Virus record (IMG/VR): IMGVR_UViG_3300008339_000407 | Span: 1 to 26,757 of that record | Reading direction: 5' to 3' (one strand) | Origin: a virus | Lineage: Duplodnaviria > Caudoviricetes | Length of the DNA stretch: 26,757 nt | Shown here: piece by piece, positions 8,821-17,443 of the stretch | Numbering within the stretch: position 1 is the first letter of the stretch | How the letters are laid out: each line of letters starts with the position of its first letter | Program-made: the position numbers and the translations under genes | Notes under the pieces: model-generated | Databases searched by the model: none | Seen by the model: the letters and a program-made list of their open reading frames with translations, nothing else | Told to the model about the DNA's origin: nothing

Positions 8821-9591
8821 TTAAGCACCTTTCTCGGCTAGATATTGTGAATATAATTCAGGATTTGAAACTGCAACTTGTGCAATTCCTGCTTCCATTG
8901 AGGTTGCTTTTCCTGTGTCAACTAATGACTTTGCCATTACGGACATACGACCATAAGCATCGTCAGCAGTTGTGTTTACTGATTTGCCAATTTCAGCAAA
9001 TATGTCAGCAGATTCTGCTTGAGCATTTATAGATGTCAAGATTTCTTCAACTGATTTTGCTAATTCGGCATCAACAGAATTTAGTTTGCGTAGTGATTTG
9101 CCAACGAATTCTGCATCAAGATTGAGATGAGACCATGCTTTTGCTTTTTCAATTGCTTCAGCATCGGCTTGAGCATCGCGTTGTTTTTGCAACTCGGTTA
9201 CTGCTTCAAGAGCCTTGGCTTCTGCATCTTCTTTTGCTTTACGCAAGTCCTCAACCATTTTGATTACTGATTCTGGAGCAGACTTTAGAATTTCTTCTTC
9301 AGATTCTGGTTTAGCCTCGGCTTCTTTTGCTTCTTCAGCAGGTTGTTCAACTGCTGCTTCGGCACTAGCCTCAACTGTTGCTTCTTCTTTAGGAGTTTCT
9401 TCAGTTTGCTCTTTTACAGTTTCCTCCATATTGGAGTCCTCTCTGTTGAGCGTTTCATCAAGAACCCTCTCTACATCTGATTCGTCAGCAGACTTCATTA
9501 CAAGCCAGCCTTCTGTTAGATGAGCAGGGTGGTCTACTCCTGATGTTTCTTCTATCGAAAGATTGACCATTTTTCTGGCTTTTTTTGCCAA
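8821..9591 (-). CDS. Scaffolding protein
   Basis: TTG at 9591 with AGGAGG at 9601-9606 is a better start than 9642; Glu/Ala/Lys-rich coiled coil ending NPELYSQYLAEKGA. Confidence 0.75.
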   Translation of the reverse strand: MAKKARKMVNLSIEETSGVDHPAHLTEGWLVMKSADESDVERVLDETLNREDSNMEETVKEQTEETPKEEATVEASAEAAVEQPAEEAKEAEAKPESEEEILKSAPESVIKMVEDLRKAKEDAEAKALEAVTELQKQRDAQADAEAIEKAKAWSHLNLDAEFVGKSLRKLNSVDAELAKSVEEILTSINAQAESADIFAEIGKSVNTTADDAYGRMSVMAKSLVDTGKATSMEAGIAQVAVSNPELYSQYLAEKGA

Positions 9592-9610
9592 GATATATAC
9601 CCTCCTATAT

Positions 9611-9643
9611 AAAAAAAGTTGTCGCACAACAAAATGCGACAAC
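9611..9643 (-). terminator. Intrinsic terminator directly upstream of the scaffold RBS
   Basis: Perfect 9-bp stem GTTGTCGCA/TGCGACAAC followed by seven T. Confidence 0.7.
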
Positions 9644-9695
9644 CCTCGGGTCTCGATAATAGGATATTATCACAACTTGGGTATAGTTTTTATTT

Positions 9696-9956
9696 TTATT
9701 TCAAATTCTGAACTTTCGAAATTGCCATAATAAGATTTCTTTCAGTTGCACCTAAAGTTGGTTGGTCATCTGCCCAAAACTTTGCACCAATGAACTGGTA
9801 ATCATCTTGCGACATTGAACGCCAAACAAAATATGCTTTACGATTCGGTTCTCTTTTAATTAAAAATCCAAAATATCCGGGCTTAGTGTCAACTTTTTCA
9901 CAATTAATTCCTGTGCTTGCTAATACAGCCATAGTATCGTCAATGACTGATTTCAT
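9696..9956 (-). CDS. Hypothetical protein
   Basis: 86 aa ORF, tightly packed with neighbours. Confidence 0.6.
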   Translation of the reverse strand: MKSVIDDTMAVLASTGINCEKVDTKPGYFGFLIKREPNRKAYFVWRSMSQDDYQFIGAKFWADDQPTLGATERNLIMAISKVQNLK

Positions 9957-9959
9957 AAA

Positions 9960-10154
9960 TTATCCTAACTGGTCGTACTCTGTTGGTCCTCCATTAAGGA
10001 TAACAATTGGTCTTCTCCTAACCCTCCCTTTAGAAGCAGAAAGTTTTATATCAATTTGGTCATAAGGAATGTTTTGCATCAATTTGAGGAATTGTGGGTC
10101 AAGTAATTGCTTAATCCATGCCTCAACAAAAGGTGGATGATTGGGTGAACTCAT
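9960..10154 (-). CDS. Hypothetical protein
   Basis: 64 aa, start overlaps the protease stop (TAATG). Confidence 0.6.
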   Translation of the reverse strand: MSSPNHPPFVEAWIKQLLDPQFLKLMQNIPYDQIDIKLSASKGRVRRRPIVILNGGPTEYDQLG

Positions 10155-10795
10155 TATTCATCCAAATCTACATACATGCGTTCTGCACGACCACCAATGG
10201 AGTATCCACGAATTTCGCCTTTTTTAATTTTGTCCCAAGCCCAGTCATCCCAAATAACGCCTAAAAAGACTGTATTTTGAGGAAAATTAACTGGTTGGGT
10301 AGTTCCATCTGCTTTCATCATAGGAACTTGTGTTTCGTAAGGCAAAGTCATGATTTCAACCCATTCGCCAGCAACAACATCACGATTATGTTGAAGTCTG
10401 ATTCTTCTGTCACCTGATTGAACATATTTCCAAACTGCTTGCTGTAATTCTGTATCATCTGTCCACTCGTTATGTGCATCCATCTGGTTTGGAATATACA
10501 TTGGTCCGAGAGTGAAGCGTTTTTCTTCAGTTGCTTTAGACACATCAAAACTTTGTGTTAAAGATTTAGTAACTTCATCTAAAACTTGTGGTGCAATGTT
10601 TTTCAACTCTGATTCTTCAACTTCATACAAATCAATATCGCCATCAAATAAATGATTAAAAATTTTAGGACTTGAATCAACCCAGTCTTGCTTATACCAG
10701 ATTTCTTCTCTGAATTCTTCGTTTACATCATCTATGAGAAGACGATAAACAGAAATTATTTGTTCATCATCTTTACGAACAAAATATCTATACAT
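10154..10795 (-). CDS. XkdF-like prohead serine protease with an extra N-terminal domain
   Basis: C-terminal ~125 aa: EKRFTLGPMYIP...DAHNEW, RLQH, W.KIKKGEIRGYSIGG. Confidence 0.8.
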   Translation of the reverse strand: MYRYFVRKDDEQIISVYRLLIDDVNEEFREEIWYKQDWVDSSPKIFNHLFDGDIDLYEVEESELKNIAPQVLDEVTKSLTQSFDVSKATEEKRFTLGPMYIPNQMDAHNEWTDDTELQQAVWKYVQSGDRRIRLQHNRDVVAGEWVEIMTLPYETQVPMMKADGTTQPVNFPQNTVFLGVIWDDWAWDKIKKGEIRGYSIGGRAERMYVDLDE

Positions 10796-13031
10796 TTAAG
10801 TTCCTCCCAAAAAATTTAGATAACGCTTTAATCAGAATTGCTTTACCACCAAGAATTAGAGGATTACTTGCTAACTCTCCGACTGCTAAAATACCAGCAG
10901 GTGCAACAAGCCTGTTAACTAATCTCGCTGTCCTAGAATAAAGTTTGTATTGCCTCTTAGGGTCACTACTGGTTCTGCGTTCCTCATATAATCCATGAAC
11001 TCTTTCCTTCATCTCCAAAGATTGAGGGGTGTGGAATTGTAACTCAAATTCAAAACCAGCAGGGTGTTTAACTTTTGCATTTATGCCTTGATAATCGTCA
11101 CCTTTTTGCCAAAAGTTTTTAACTCTTGAAACTTGTAAACCTTCATCACGCAAAGAATCTAAAGTCTTAGTAACGCCTGATGTATAGTTATCTGAATCTA
11201 AAGTCATTGTGTATCGAACTGCATCTGAAACTTTTTGTCCAGCCTTCTCATAATCGCCATCATAATCTTTAGCATCTGCTTCAATTTTTCTTGCTAAAGA
11301 CTCTTCAGTTTTTAATCTGTGTTGCAGTCCTTGCATTGTTCCACCAACTTGCTCAGCAATGTTTTTAATTTTAGAAGTTATATCTGGTTCAAACTCAGCA
11401 ACTTTATTTGCCACTTGTGATGCGACTTTAGTTGCTTCAGCAGAATATTTACCTTTAGAACCAGCAGCCCAACTGCCATGAGATGCTTGGTCATGTTCTC
11501 CATGTTTCAAAACACCTGATGGCTCATAACTAAAAGGCTCAGAGAACATCATTCTACGAATTGGAACAATTGGTCTTTTACCATCAAAACCATCCATGAA
11601 ACCTTGTGCTTCGGCTAGAAGCCCAGCATAGTTTTCTGCTTGCATACTTCTATCAGGAAATTTTCTGGACTCATCAAGCCATTTATCTCTCTGTCGTTTG
11701 TAGTTATCATAAGATTGTTGACCTGTTCTAGGTGAATTTCTTTTCGCTTGTTTACCTTCGTCATAATTATCGCCATAAGTGGCTTGAATTTGATAACGAG
11801 ATAAATTATTTCTAATCCTTGAAGCAATACTTGATGAACCTTCTCCAGCCCAACTGCCATGTGTCAACTGGTCATGAGTCTCATGTTTAGTCATATCATC
11901 TGAAAGATTTTTTTCTGGAATAATCCAAAACTTACAAACACCCATAGGTTCAACTTCAATATTCAAAATTTCGCAACCACCACCACCTTCAAAGAAAACA
12001 CAATTAGCACAATTCATTCCTTTATCAGCGAAAGGATTATTTTCTTCTGACATGTAATGTGCGCCATCAGCACCAATGCCTTCATTGAATGCACCGAACT
12101 CTGCAACAATGTTTTCTAAAGTTGCATACAAAATTGCTTGTCTATCATTCAAAAATTCTTCAGGGTCATACATTTCTGGGTTTTCAGATTTTTCTAATCT
12201 GTCAAGAATTGATTCAACCCAAGCACGACCAGCATCACCACCCCAAGCATCCCAAGCAACACGACCCGGTGATGGATAACCTTTTTCACCTCTTGAGAAT
12301 CCTTCTGCTTTTTTATCAACAATGTGTCTAGCAAAATAAGAACGCATACGCTTCAAAGTATCTACACCAACAGAATCACCTGATGCTAACTGTCTAGCAC
12401 GACCACGACCAACTGAAGTGAAACCTTGACCTGCTTTTCCTTCACCAATCCAATCTAATGCGCGTTGCGCTGCTTCACGAACTGCTGAAGGTGGAGTGTG
12501 ACCTTCTGCTTTGTCCATCTCTTTGAATCGTTCAATTTGTGCAAGTCTTTGTTCTGCTTCTGCTTTAGTATCGTAAGTGCCGAACTCTCTTGAACCATCA
12601 GCAGAGAAAACAACATATTTACCTTTTCTTCTGCGAATAGTTTTTTCAACATCTCCAGCCAAAACATCAAATTCTAAATCATCAATTTCTTGTTCAGATT
12701 TTTCAATCTGCATTTCGTAACCATTAACACCAAGCATTACTTTGACATCGCCAGAGATACCAATAGTTTTAGCAACTTCAACTGCTAAATCATCAGATAG
12801 TTCTGTGGTCACATTCTCTAAATCAATAGATTCAACTCGGTCAACTTCTATTTGAGCAAAAGCCCACTCGTCATCAATATGCCCATGGTCTAAACCTCTG
12901 CGAGCCATCTCAGTAGTTACAAGGTGATGGGCTTCAACTACGGCAGAATCAGAAATGTCACCATGAAGGTTCTTATGTAATTTTTCTAAAGTTTCATCCG
13001 ATAATTCGATGATTTTTGAGTAGTCTGCCAT
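10788..13031 (-). CDS. Multi-domain head-associated protein with C-terminal RelA/SpoT-like nucleotidyltransferase
   Basis: RLKTEESLARKI, DAVRYT, YQGIN, FELQFHT, HGLYE; also an AWDAWGG domain, a 4-Cys domain and two HDQxxHGSWA tags. Confidence 0.75.
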   Translation of the reverse strand: MADYSKIIELSDETLEKLHKNLHGDISDSAVVEAHHLVTTEMARRGLDHGHIDDEWAFAQIEVDRVESIDLENVTTELSDDLAVEVAKTIGISGDVKVMLGVNGYEMQIEKSEQEIDDLEFDVLAGDVEKTIRRRKGKYVVFSADGSREFGTYDTKAEAEQRLAQIERFKEMDKAEGHTPPSAVREAAQRALDWIGEGKAGQGFTSVGRGRARQLASGDSVGVDTLKRMRSYFARHIVDKKAEGFSRGEKGYPSPGRVAWDAWGGDAGRAWVESILDRLEKSENPEMYDPEEFLNDRQAILYATLENIVAEFGAFNEGIGADGAHYMSEENNPFADKGMNCANCVFFEGGGGCEILNIEVEPMGVCKFWIIPEKNLSDDMTKHETHDQLTHGSWAGEGSSSIASRIRNNLSRYQIQATYGDNYDEGKQAKRNSPRTGQQSYDNYKRQRDKWLDESRKFPDRSMQAENYAGLLAEAQGFMDGFDGKRPIVPIRRMMFSEPFSYEPSGVLKHGEHDQASHGSWAAGSKGKYSAEATKVASQVANKVAEFEPDITSKIKNIAEQVGGTMQGLQHRLKTEESLARKIEADAKDYDGDYEKAGQKVSDAVRYTMTLDSDNYTSGVTKTLDSLRDEGLQVSRVKNFWQKGDDYQGINAKVKHPAGFEFELQFHTPQSLEMKERVHGLYEERRTSSDPKRQYKLYSRTARLVNRLVAPAGILAVGELASNPLILGGKAILIKALSKFFGRNLNV

Positions 13032-13096
13032 GTATTCCTTCGATGGTGATACAACAAGGATACAAGATTTTCTACCCTAGTTAAAACATTTCCCTA

Positions 13097-13255
13097 CTAG
13101 GGTTTAATAAATTCTTTCTCTAACATTTGATAATAAAGATTATCTTCTTCAGGTGTAGGTGAATCAGAATTGAAAGAAGGATTTTTTTCTAAACAAGTAT
13201 AAAACCAGTCACCATAAACTCGGGCAACTCTTCCAGATGAATTCTTATCAACCAT
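13097..13255 (-). CDS. Small protein (52 aa), candidate immunity protein
   Basis: ATG adjacent to the upstream stop; MVDKNSSGRVARVYGDWFYTCLEKNPSFNSDSPTPEEDNLYYQMLEKEFIKP. Confidence 0.55.
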   Translation of the reverse strand: MVDKNSSGRVARVYGDWFYTCLEKNPSFNSDSPTPEEDNLYYQMLEKEFIKP

Positions 13256-16027
13256 TTAAGCCCCCTGACCTAACTCTAACTGCCCTTTAACTTCCCCTGT
13301 ATCTACATTATATGCCACCTTGTCATCAAGCCTCCAAGAGGTATAAGAGTTTTCTCTTGCTAAATCTGATTGCTCAACATTGTTTTCACGACCTGTTGGG
13401 GTTAAATATTTGACACCATACCAGTTTGAGCCTTCCATAATTTGTTTTCCAACTTGATTACCTGCACTATCTCGAACTGCTGCCACTTCCCAAGGTTCAG
13501 GGTCATTGTTATTTCTTCCATCATAAAGTCTTTGTCGATAATCGTCTAACACACCTCTTGTCGCATCATCCATAGTTGTGTCATTCAATTGAAATTGAAT
13601 TCTTTGACCAATTCTTTCTTTACTATTTGTTTCGTTCGACAAATCCCATTGGAATCCAGCCTTTGCCCAAGCATATCCACCTTCATCAAGTGCAGCGTGA
13701 ACAAAAACTTTATCGAATCCGTGAGTGATGTAATAGTTTTCTTGTTGCATAATGAAACCACCACCAAAACCTTTATTTTGCCAATTGCTATCTATTTCTA
13801 AAAGTTCATGGCTTACTACTAATTTTTCATCATTTTGTTTATCGAATCTGAATTCTCTTCTAAATTCACCGATAGTTCCAGAATTATCTGAGTTAATATC
13901 ACCTACTACTAAAATCGCATTTTTTCCTATTCTTTCAACTCTCCTTAAAGATGTTGAAAGATTGTCTTCTGTTCCATCATCCATAATTACGCTTTTTTCA
14001 TAGTTATAGATTTCAAAAACTTTTTCTTGGAATTCTGAAGTAAGTTCACTACCTGAAGTATATCCATCAGGTGTTAATTCATAACCTTCTTCGCTTAAAA
14101 TTACTTCGCTTAATCCTTCTTCTTTTTCGGAAATGTATCTACCTAAAGCATCATCATAAATTTCTTGAGCAGTTGTTGGGTCATCTTCCATCCAAGCATT
14201 AAAAGCATTTTCGGTATTTTTTACTTCTGCTATTTGTTCAGGAGTTTTACCCTCTTGCCATCCTCTGAACCAATCACTAAAAGCATTAGTAAAAATTGCT
14301 TTGCCTAAAACTTGTTTATACATTGATTCAGTATTTTCAACTAGCATTTCTAATTTTTCATAAGTAGCGATTTCAGCGATTTCTTCTTTAGTTAATAATC
14401 TGTTTGATAACGCTTCACGAAATTCTTCTTCCGTTGGTCCAATACCTTCTGCTTGTTTTAATGCTTTTGCTCTTTTCTCACCCCACATAGCCTCAGCAGT
14501 TTCAGAACTATAACCAGCCCAAGAACCATGAGTCTTTTGGTCATGCTGTCCAGATAAATGTTTTAATGTTGGTTTCAATCCCGGTTGAAAACGAATAATA
14601 GTTCTACCACGAACTGCTTTAGCAACAATCGCATCGAACTCAATCCATTTTCTAATCTGCCCCGGCTTATTAGATTCACCCATACCAATAGGTTTAATAC
14701 CTGTTGCTTCATTCCAAGCCAAAGTGGCATCAATCAAATCACGATGGTTAATATCAACTTTAATAACAGGAAGTTTAATGTCAGGATTTTCAAAACTTAA
14801 CATCGCTGCTGCTGCCCAACGATGATGTCCGTCAATCACATAATTATCTTTAGAGATAACAATTCGACCACCATCATCTGTTCTTGTTCCTTTTTCTCTT
14901 AAAGTTTTCATAATCAATCCAACTTTAGAAGCAGACATTTCTGCTTGAATAGGATGCAACTTAGATGGGTCAGCGACACCTCTCACAACTTTTGCTCCAC
15001 GCTTTTCCATCTCACCAATGAAAACTGCTTTAGTGTCTGATGGTACTTGAGGCATCTTATTTCTTGGAATGCCAAGATTATCTTCGTCATAAAGTTTTGT
15101 ATCACTAACATGCATATTTGTTAAATCAGGGTCATCACTTCTTTTAGACATAATGTCCATGATTTGTTTTGCTTCTTTTTGCGTAACTTCTATACGCTCA
15201 CCACGCGCAAGTTTTTCTGCGCGCTCTTCAAGTGTTCCAGATTTATCAGGTTTTCTACCCGGTTTTAATTTAGGTTTAGGTGCATTCGGGTCAGTAACTT
15301 CTTGCTCACCTTGAGGTTGTTTAGGTTTTGCTTGACCTGTATCAGAACCTATTCTTCTACGAGAACCAGCATGACTCGACTGGTCATGTGTTCCATGTTT
15401 TTCTACTTCACCAACTTGTCGTAAACTGAATTCACCCAGTTGTCTATCTGTTCGTCTGTCATCTCTGACATATTCGATGGTACTTCCACTATCTTCACTT
15501 CGTCTTTTTTCGGTGACACCTGTTCCTCCTGTTCCTATCTCTTCAAAATTAACAACATCCCAAATACTTATCTGATTGCGTTCTCTCCCCAACCTAACTG
15601 CTTTGGCTCTATCCTGAACATTCTCAGATACATCAAGATAAACCTTATTATCTTCTTTATTGTGCCACAAGCCCAAATATTTCTTACCAGTACCAAGGTC
15701 TTTCTTGTTGGCTTTCACAAAATCAGCCAAAATCTTTCGACCCTTGCTAGGGTTATAGAAATCGTCAGCATCCACAATTGGGGCTTTTTTAACTGGAGAA
15801 GCAACCATATAACCTGACTTCGGTTCAGAACCATCAACCATATTGACAGATAAACCACCATTTGCTTTAACTCTGTCCAAGACTGATTGTGTTAAACCAC
15901 GACTAACACCACCTGATGCCCAATTACCATGAGTGCTTTGGTCATGAGTGCCATGTTTTTGAATTTTTGAACTCGTTAATTCAAAAATATCACCTTCACT
16001 ATAAATAAATTTATCAAGATTTCTCAT
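13256..16027 (-). CDS. Polyvalent protein: unknown domain + ParB/Srx-like domain + GNAT-like domain
   Basis: IVISKDNYVIDGHHRWAA (ParB-like); WQNKGFG...GGYAWAKAGF (GNAT-like); three His-rich tags separate the modules. Confidence 0.7.
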   Translation of the reverse strand: MRNLDKFIYSEGDIFELTSSKIQKHGTHDQSTHGNWASGGVSRGLTQSVLDRVKANGGLSVNMVDGSEPKSGYMVASPVKKAPIVDADDFYNPSKGRKILADFVKANKKDLGTGKKYLGLWHNKEDNKVYLDVSENVQDRAKAVRLGRERNQISIWDVVNFEEIGTGGTGVTEKRRSEDSGSTIEYVRDDRRTDRQLGEFSLRQVGEVEKHGTHDQSSHAGSRRRIGSDTGQAKPKQPQGEQEVTDPNAPKPKLKPGRKPDKSGTLEERAEKLARGERIEVTQKEAKQIMDIMSKRSDDPDLTNMHVSDTKLYDEDNLGIPRNKMPQVPSDTKAVFIGEMEKRGAKVVRGVADPSKLHPIQAEMSASKVGLIMKTLREKGTRTDDGGRIVISKDNYVIDGHHRWAAAAMLSFENPDIKLPVIKVDINHRDLIDATLAWNEATGIKPIGMGESNKPGQIRKWIEFDAIVAKAVRGRTIIRFQPGLKPTLKHLSGQHDQKTHGSWAGYSSETAEAMWGEKRAKALKQAEGIGPTEEEFREALSNRLLTKEEIAEIATYEKLEMLVENTESMYKQVLGKAIFTNAFSDWFRGWQEGKTPEQIAEVKNTENAFNAWMEDDPTTAQEIYDDALGRYISEKEEGLSEVILSEEGYELTPDGYTSGSELTSEFQEKVFEIYNYEKSVIMDDGTEDNLSTSLRRVERIGKNAILVVGDINSDNSGTIGEFRREFRFDKQNDEKLVVSHELLEIDSNWQNKGFGGGFIMQQENYYITHGFDKVFVHAALDEGGYAWAKAGFQWDLSNETNSKERIGQRIQFQLNDTTMDDATRGVLDDYRQRLYDGRNNNDPEPWEVAAVRDSAGNQVGKQIMEGSNWYGVKYLTPTGRENNVEQSDLARENSYTSWRLDDKVAYNVDTGEVKGQLELGQGA

Positions 16028-16686
16028 GACACAACCTCTGCCAAAATAGTCTTACTACCTTTATCAATTTCTGTAATCTTAAATTGTGTATTTCTAGGTA
16101 AAATATATTCACCTTCCTTGTTAATTCGTTGCCTAAATTCTTCACTCATATTAGTAGCAACAAAAAATTTTCTAGGTTCTAAGGCTCTAGTTCCTTTTGG
16201 AACTTTTAACCACATTACTGCCCCAGAACCAAAATCGTTTGCGATGCTTGCGAACTCTGTTGTAGATAAATAACCCTTATCTTCAAATACAGTACCCACT
16301 TGGGTGTCTAGTATTTTGTTTGCAAAATCCCCGTGAAAACCTCTTAATAAAATTTTATCTTCAGGTAAACGAGGTGCTACCTTAAGTGCCAAATCCATAT
16401 TTTTAATGTATTTCAAATCATTTTTTTCTAAAAATCTACTTTGTCTTAATGTGTAGTTTATGTATGCGCTATTCACAGTATAAGACCAAACTGCATTTGC
16501 AATATCACCAGAAACAACTACATCTGTTGGATGAGAACCATCATAAGAACTACTACTAGCCCAATTTCCATGCGATTGTTGGTCATGTTGTTGATGTTTT
16601 TCAAATTGTTCAACATCAAAAGGTTCAATCAACTCGGGGTCAAGAATGGGGTCAACAATTTCATAAATAATTTCTTCAGTCTGCAA
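16024..16686 (-). CDS. ADP-ribosyltransferase (VIP2/Alt-like, R-S-E class)
   Basis: YT...INYTLR, LLRG, GYLSTT, EGEYILPRNT. The 16830 start overlaps the upstream gene by ~150 nt; TTG at 16686 after GGTGGTG is more plausible. Confidence 0.8.
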   Translation of the reverse strand: MQTEEIIYEIVDPILDPELIEPFDVEQFEKHQQHDQQSHGNWASSSSYDGSHPTDVVVSGDIANAVWSYTVNSAYINYTLRQSRFLEKNDLKYIKNMDLALKVAPRLPEDKILLRGFHGDFANKILDTQVGTVFEDKGYLSTTEFASIANDFGSGAVMWLKVPKGTRALEPRKFFVATNMSEEFRQRINKEGEYILPRNTQFKITEIDKGSKTILAEVVS

Positions 16687-17443
16687 CTTCAACACCACCT
16701 TTTTGATAAGCAACTCTAAGTCGATTACCTGCATCAGCACCAGCAATATTAGTAGTGATATCAATATAATTTCTTGTGAACTCTTTACCATGAGATTCAA
16801 AAGGTGAGGTTTGAGTAATCGCTGTACCAAAATGTGCTAACTCATGAAGAATCGTTGGCTCATTCATAGTAAAAGTTCTCTTAATAGAGAGATTATTCAT
16901 ATATTCCCAACCCTTAGCAACACTAAACTTACGACCAACTTCCCACTTACCCTGATGATTGACTGAATTAGTTGCCTTCACTTTAGGTGTACCAATAGGT
17001 GAATAACCAAAAGTTTCTTTCCAATAATCTGTTTCTAAAACAGCATTAACATACTTTTGAACTCCTGAAGGTGTTCCATCTAAATGTTTTTTACCTAAAT
17101 CTGATTGAATATCTTTTGCTTCATTTCTCGCCCAAGCATCCCATTTCTTAGAATATTCTTTATATGCTTTTTCGTAAGCACCTTCGATAGTAAAATCTGC
17201 TCTAGTTTTATTAAATTCTGGTGCAGGAAGATTTGGTCTTTTCTCTTTGAAAATTTCTCCTTCAGAAGCATAAACTTTTTGTTGTTGACTATCACCTTTG
17301 AAATGAAGAGCCATAATGTCTTCAGTTCCAAGTCTGTTTCCACCTCTAGCCCAAGAACCATGAGACGACTGGTCATGAGTTTCATGCTTTAATAATGTTG
17401 GTTTAAGACCGGGTTGAAAACGAACAACAACTCTACTCATCAA
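16676..17443 (-). CDS. Zincin (SprT-like) metallopeptidase-domain protein with N-terminal tag
   Basis: TILHELAH...SHGKEF. Confidence 0.7.
   Translation of the reverse strand: MMSRVVVRFQPGLKPTLLKHETHDQSSHGSWARGGNRLGTEDIMALHFKGDSQQQKVYASEGEIFKEKRPNLPAPEFNKTRADFTIEGAYEKAYKEYSKKWDAWARNEAKDIQSDLGKKHLDGTPSGVQKYVNAVLETDYWKETFGYSPIGTPKVKATNSVNHQGKWEVGRKFSVAKGWEYMNNLSIKRTFTMNEPTILHELAHFGTAITQTSPFESHGKEFTRNYIDITTNIAGADAGNRLRVAYQKGGVEVAD

Noticed and set aside
13256-16027. Inteins or self-splicing elements as the cause of the long mosaic proteins
   Set aside because: No intein terminal motifs (Cys/Ser start with His-Asn end) or homing-endonuclease motifs were seen at module boundaries.
11461-17389. 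Tag repeats as a CRISPR array or diversity-generating retroelement repeats
   Set aside because: Copies are in frame, irregularly spaced and vary at synonymous positions; no cas or reverse transcriptase gene is present.
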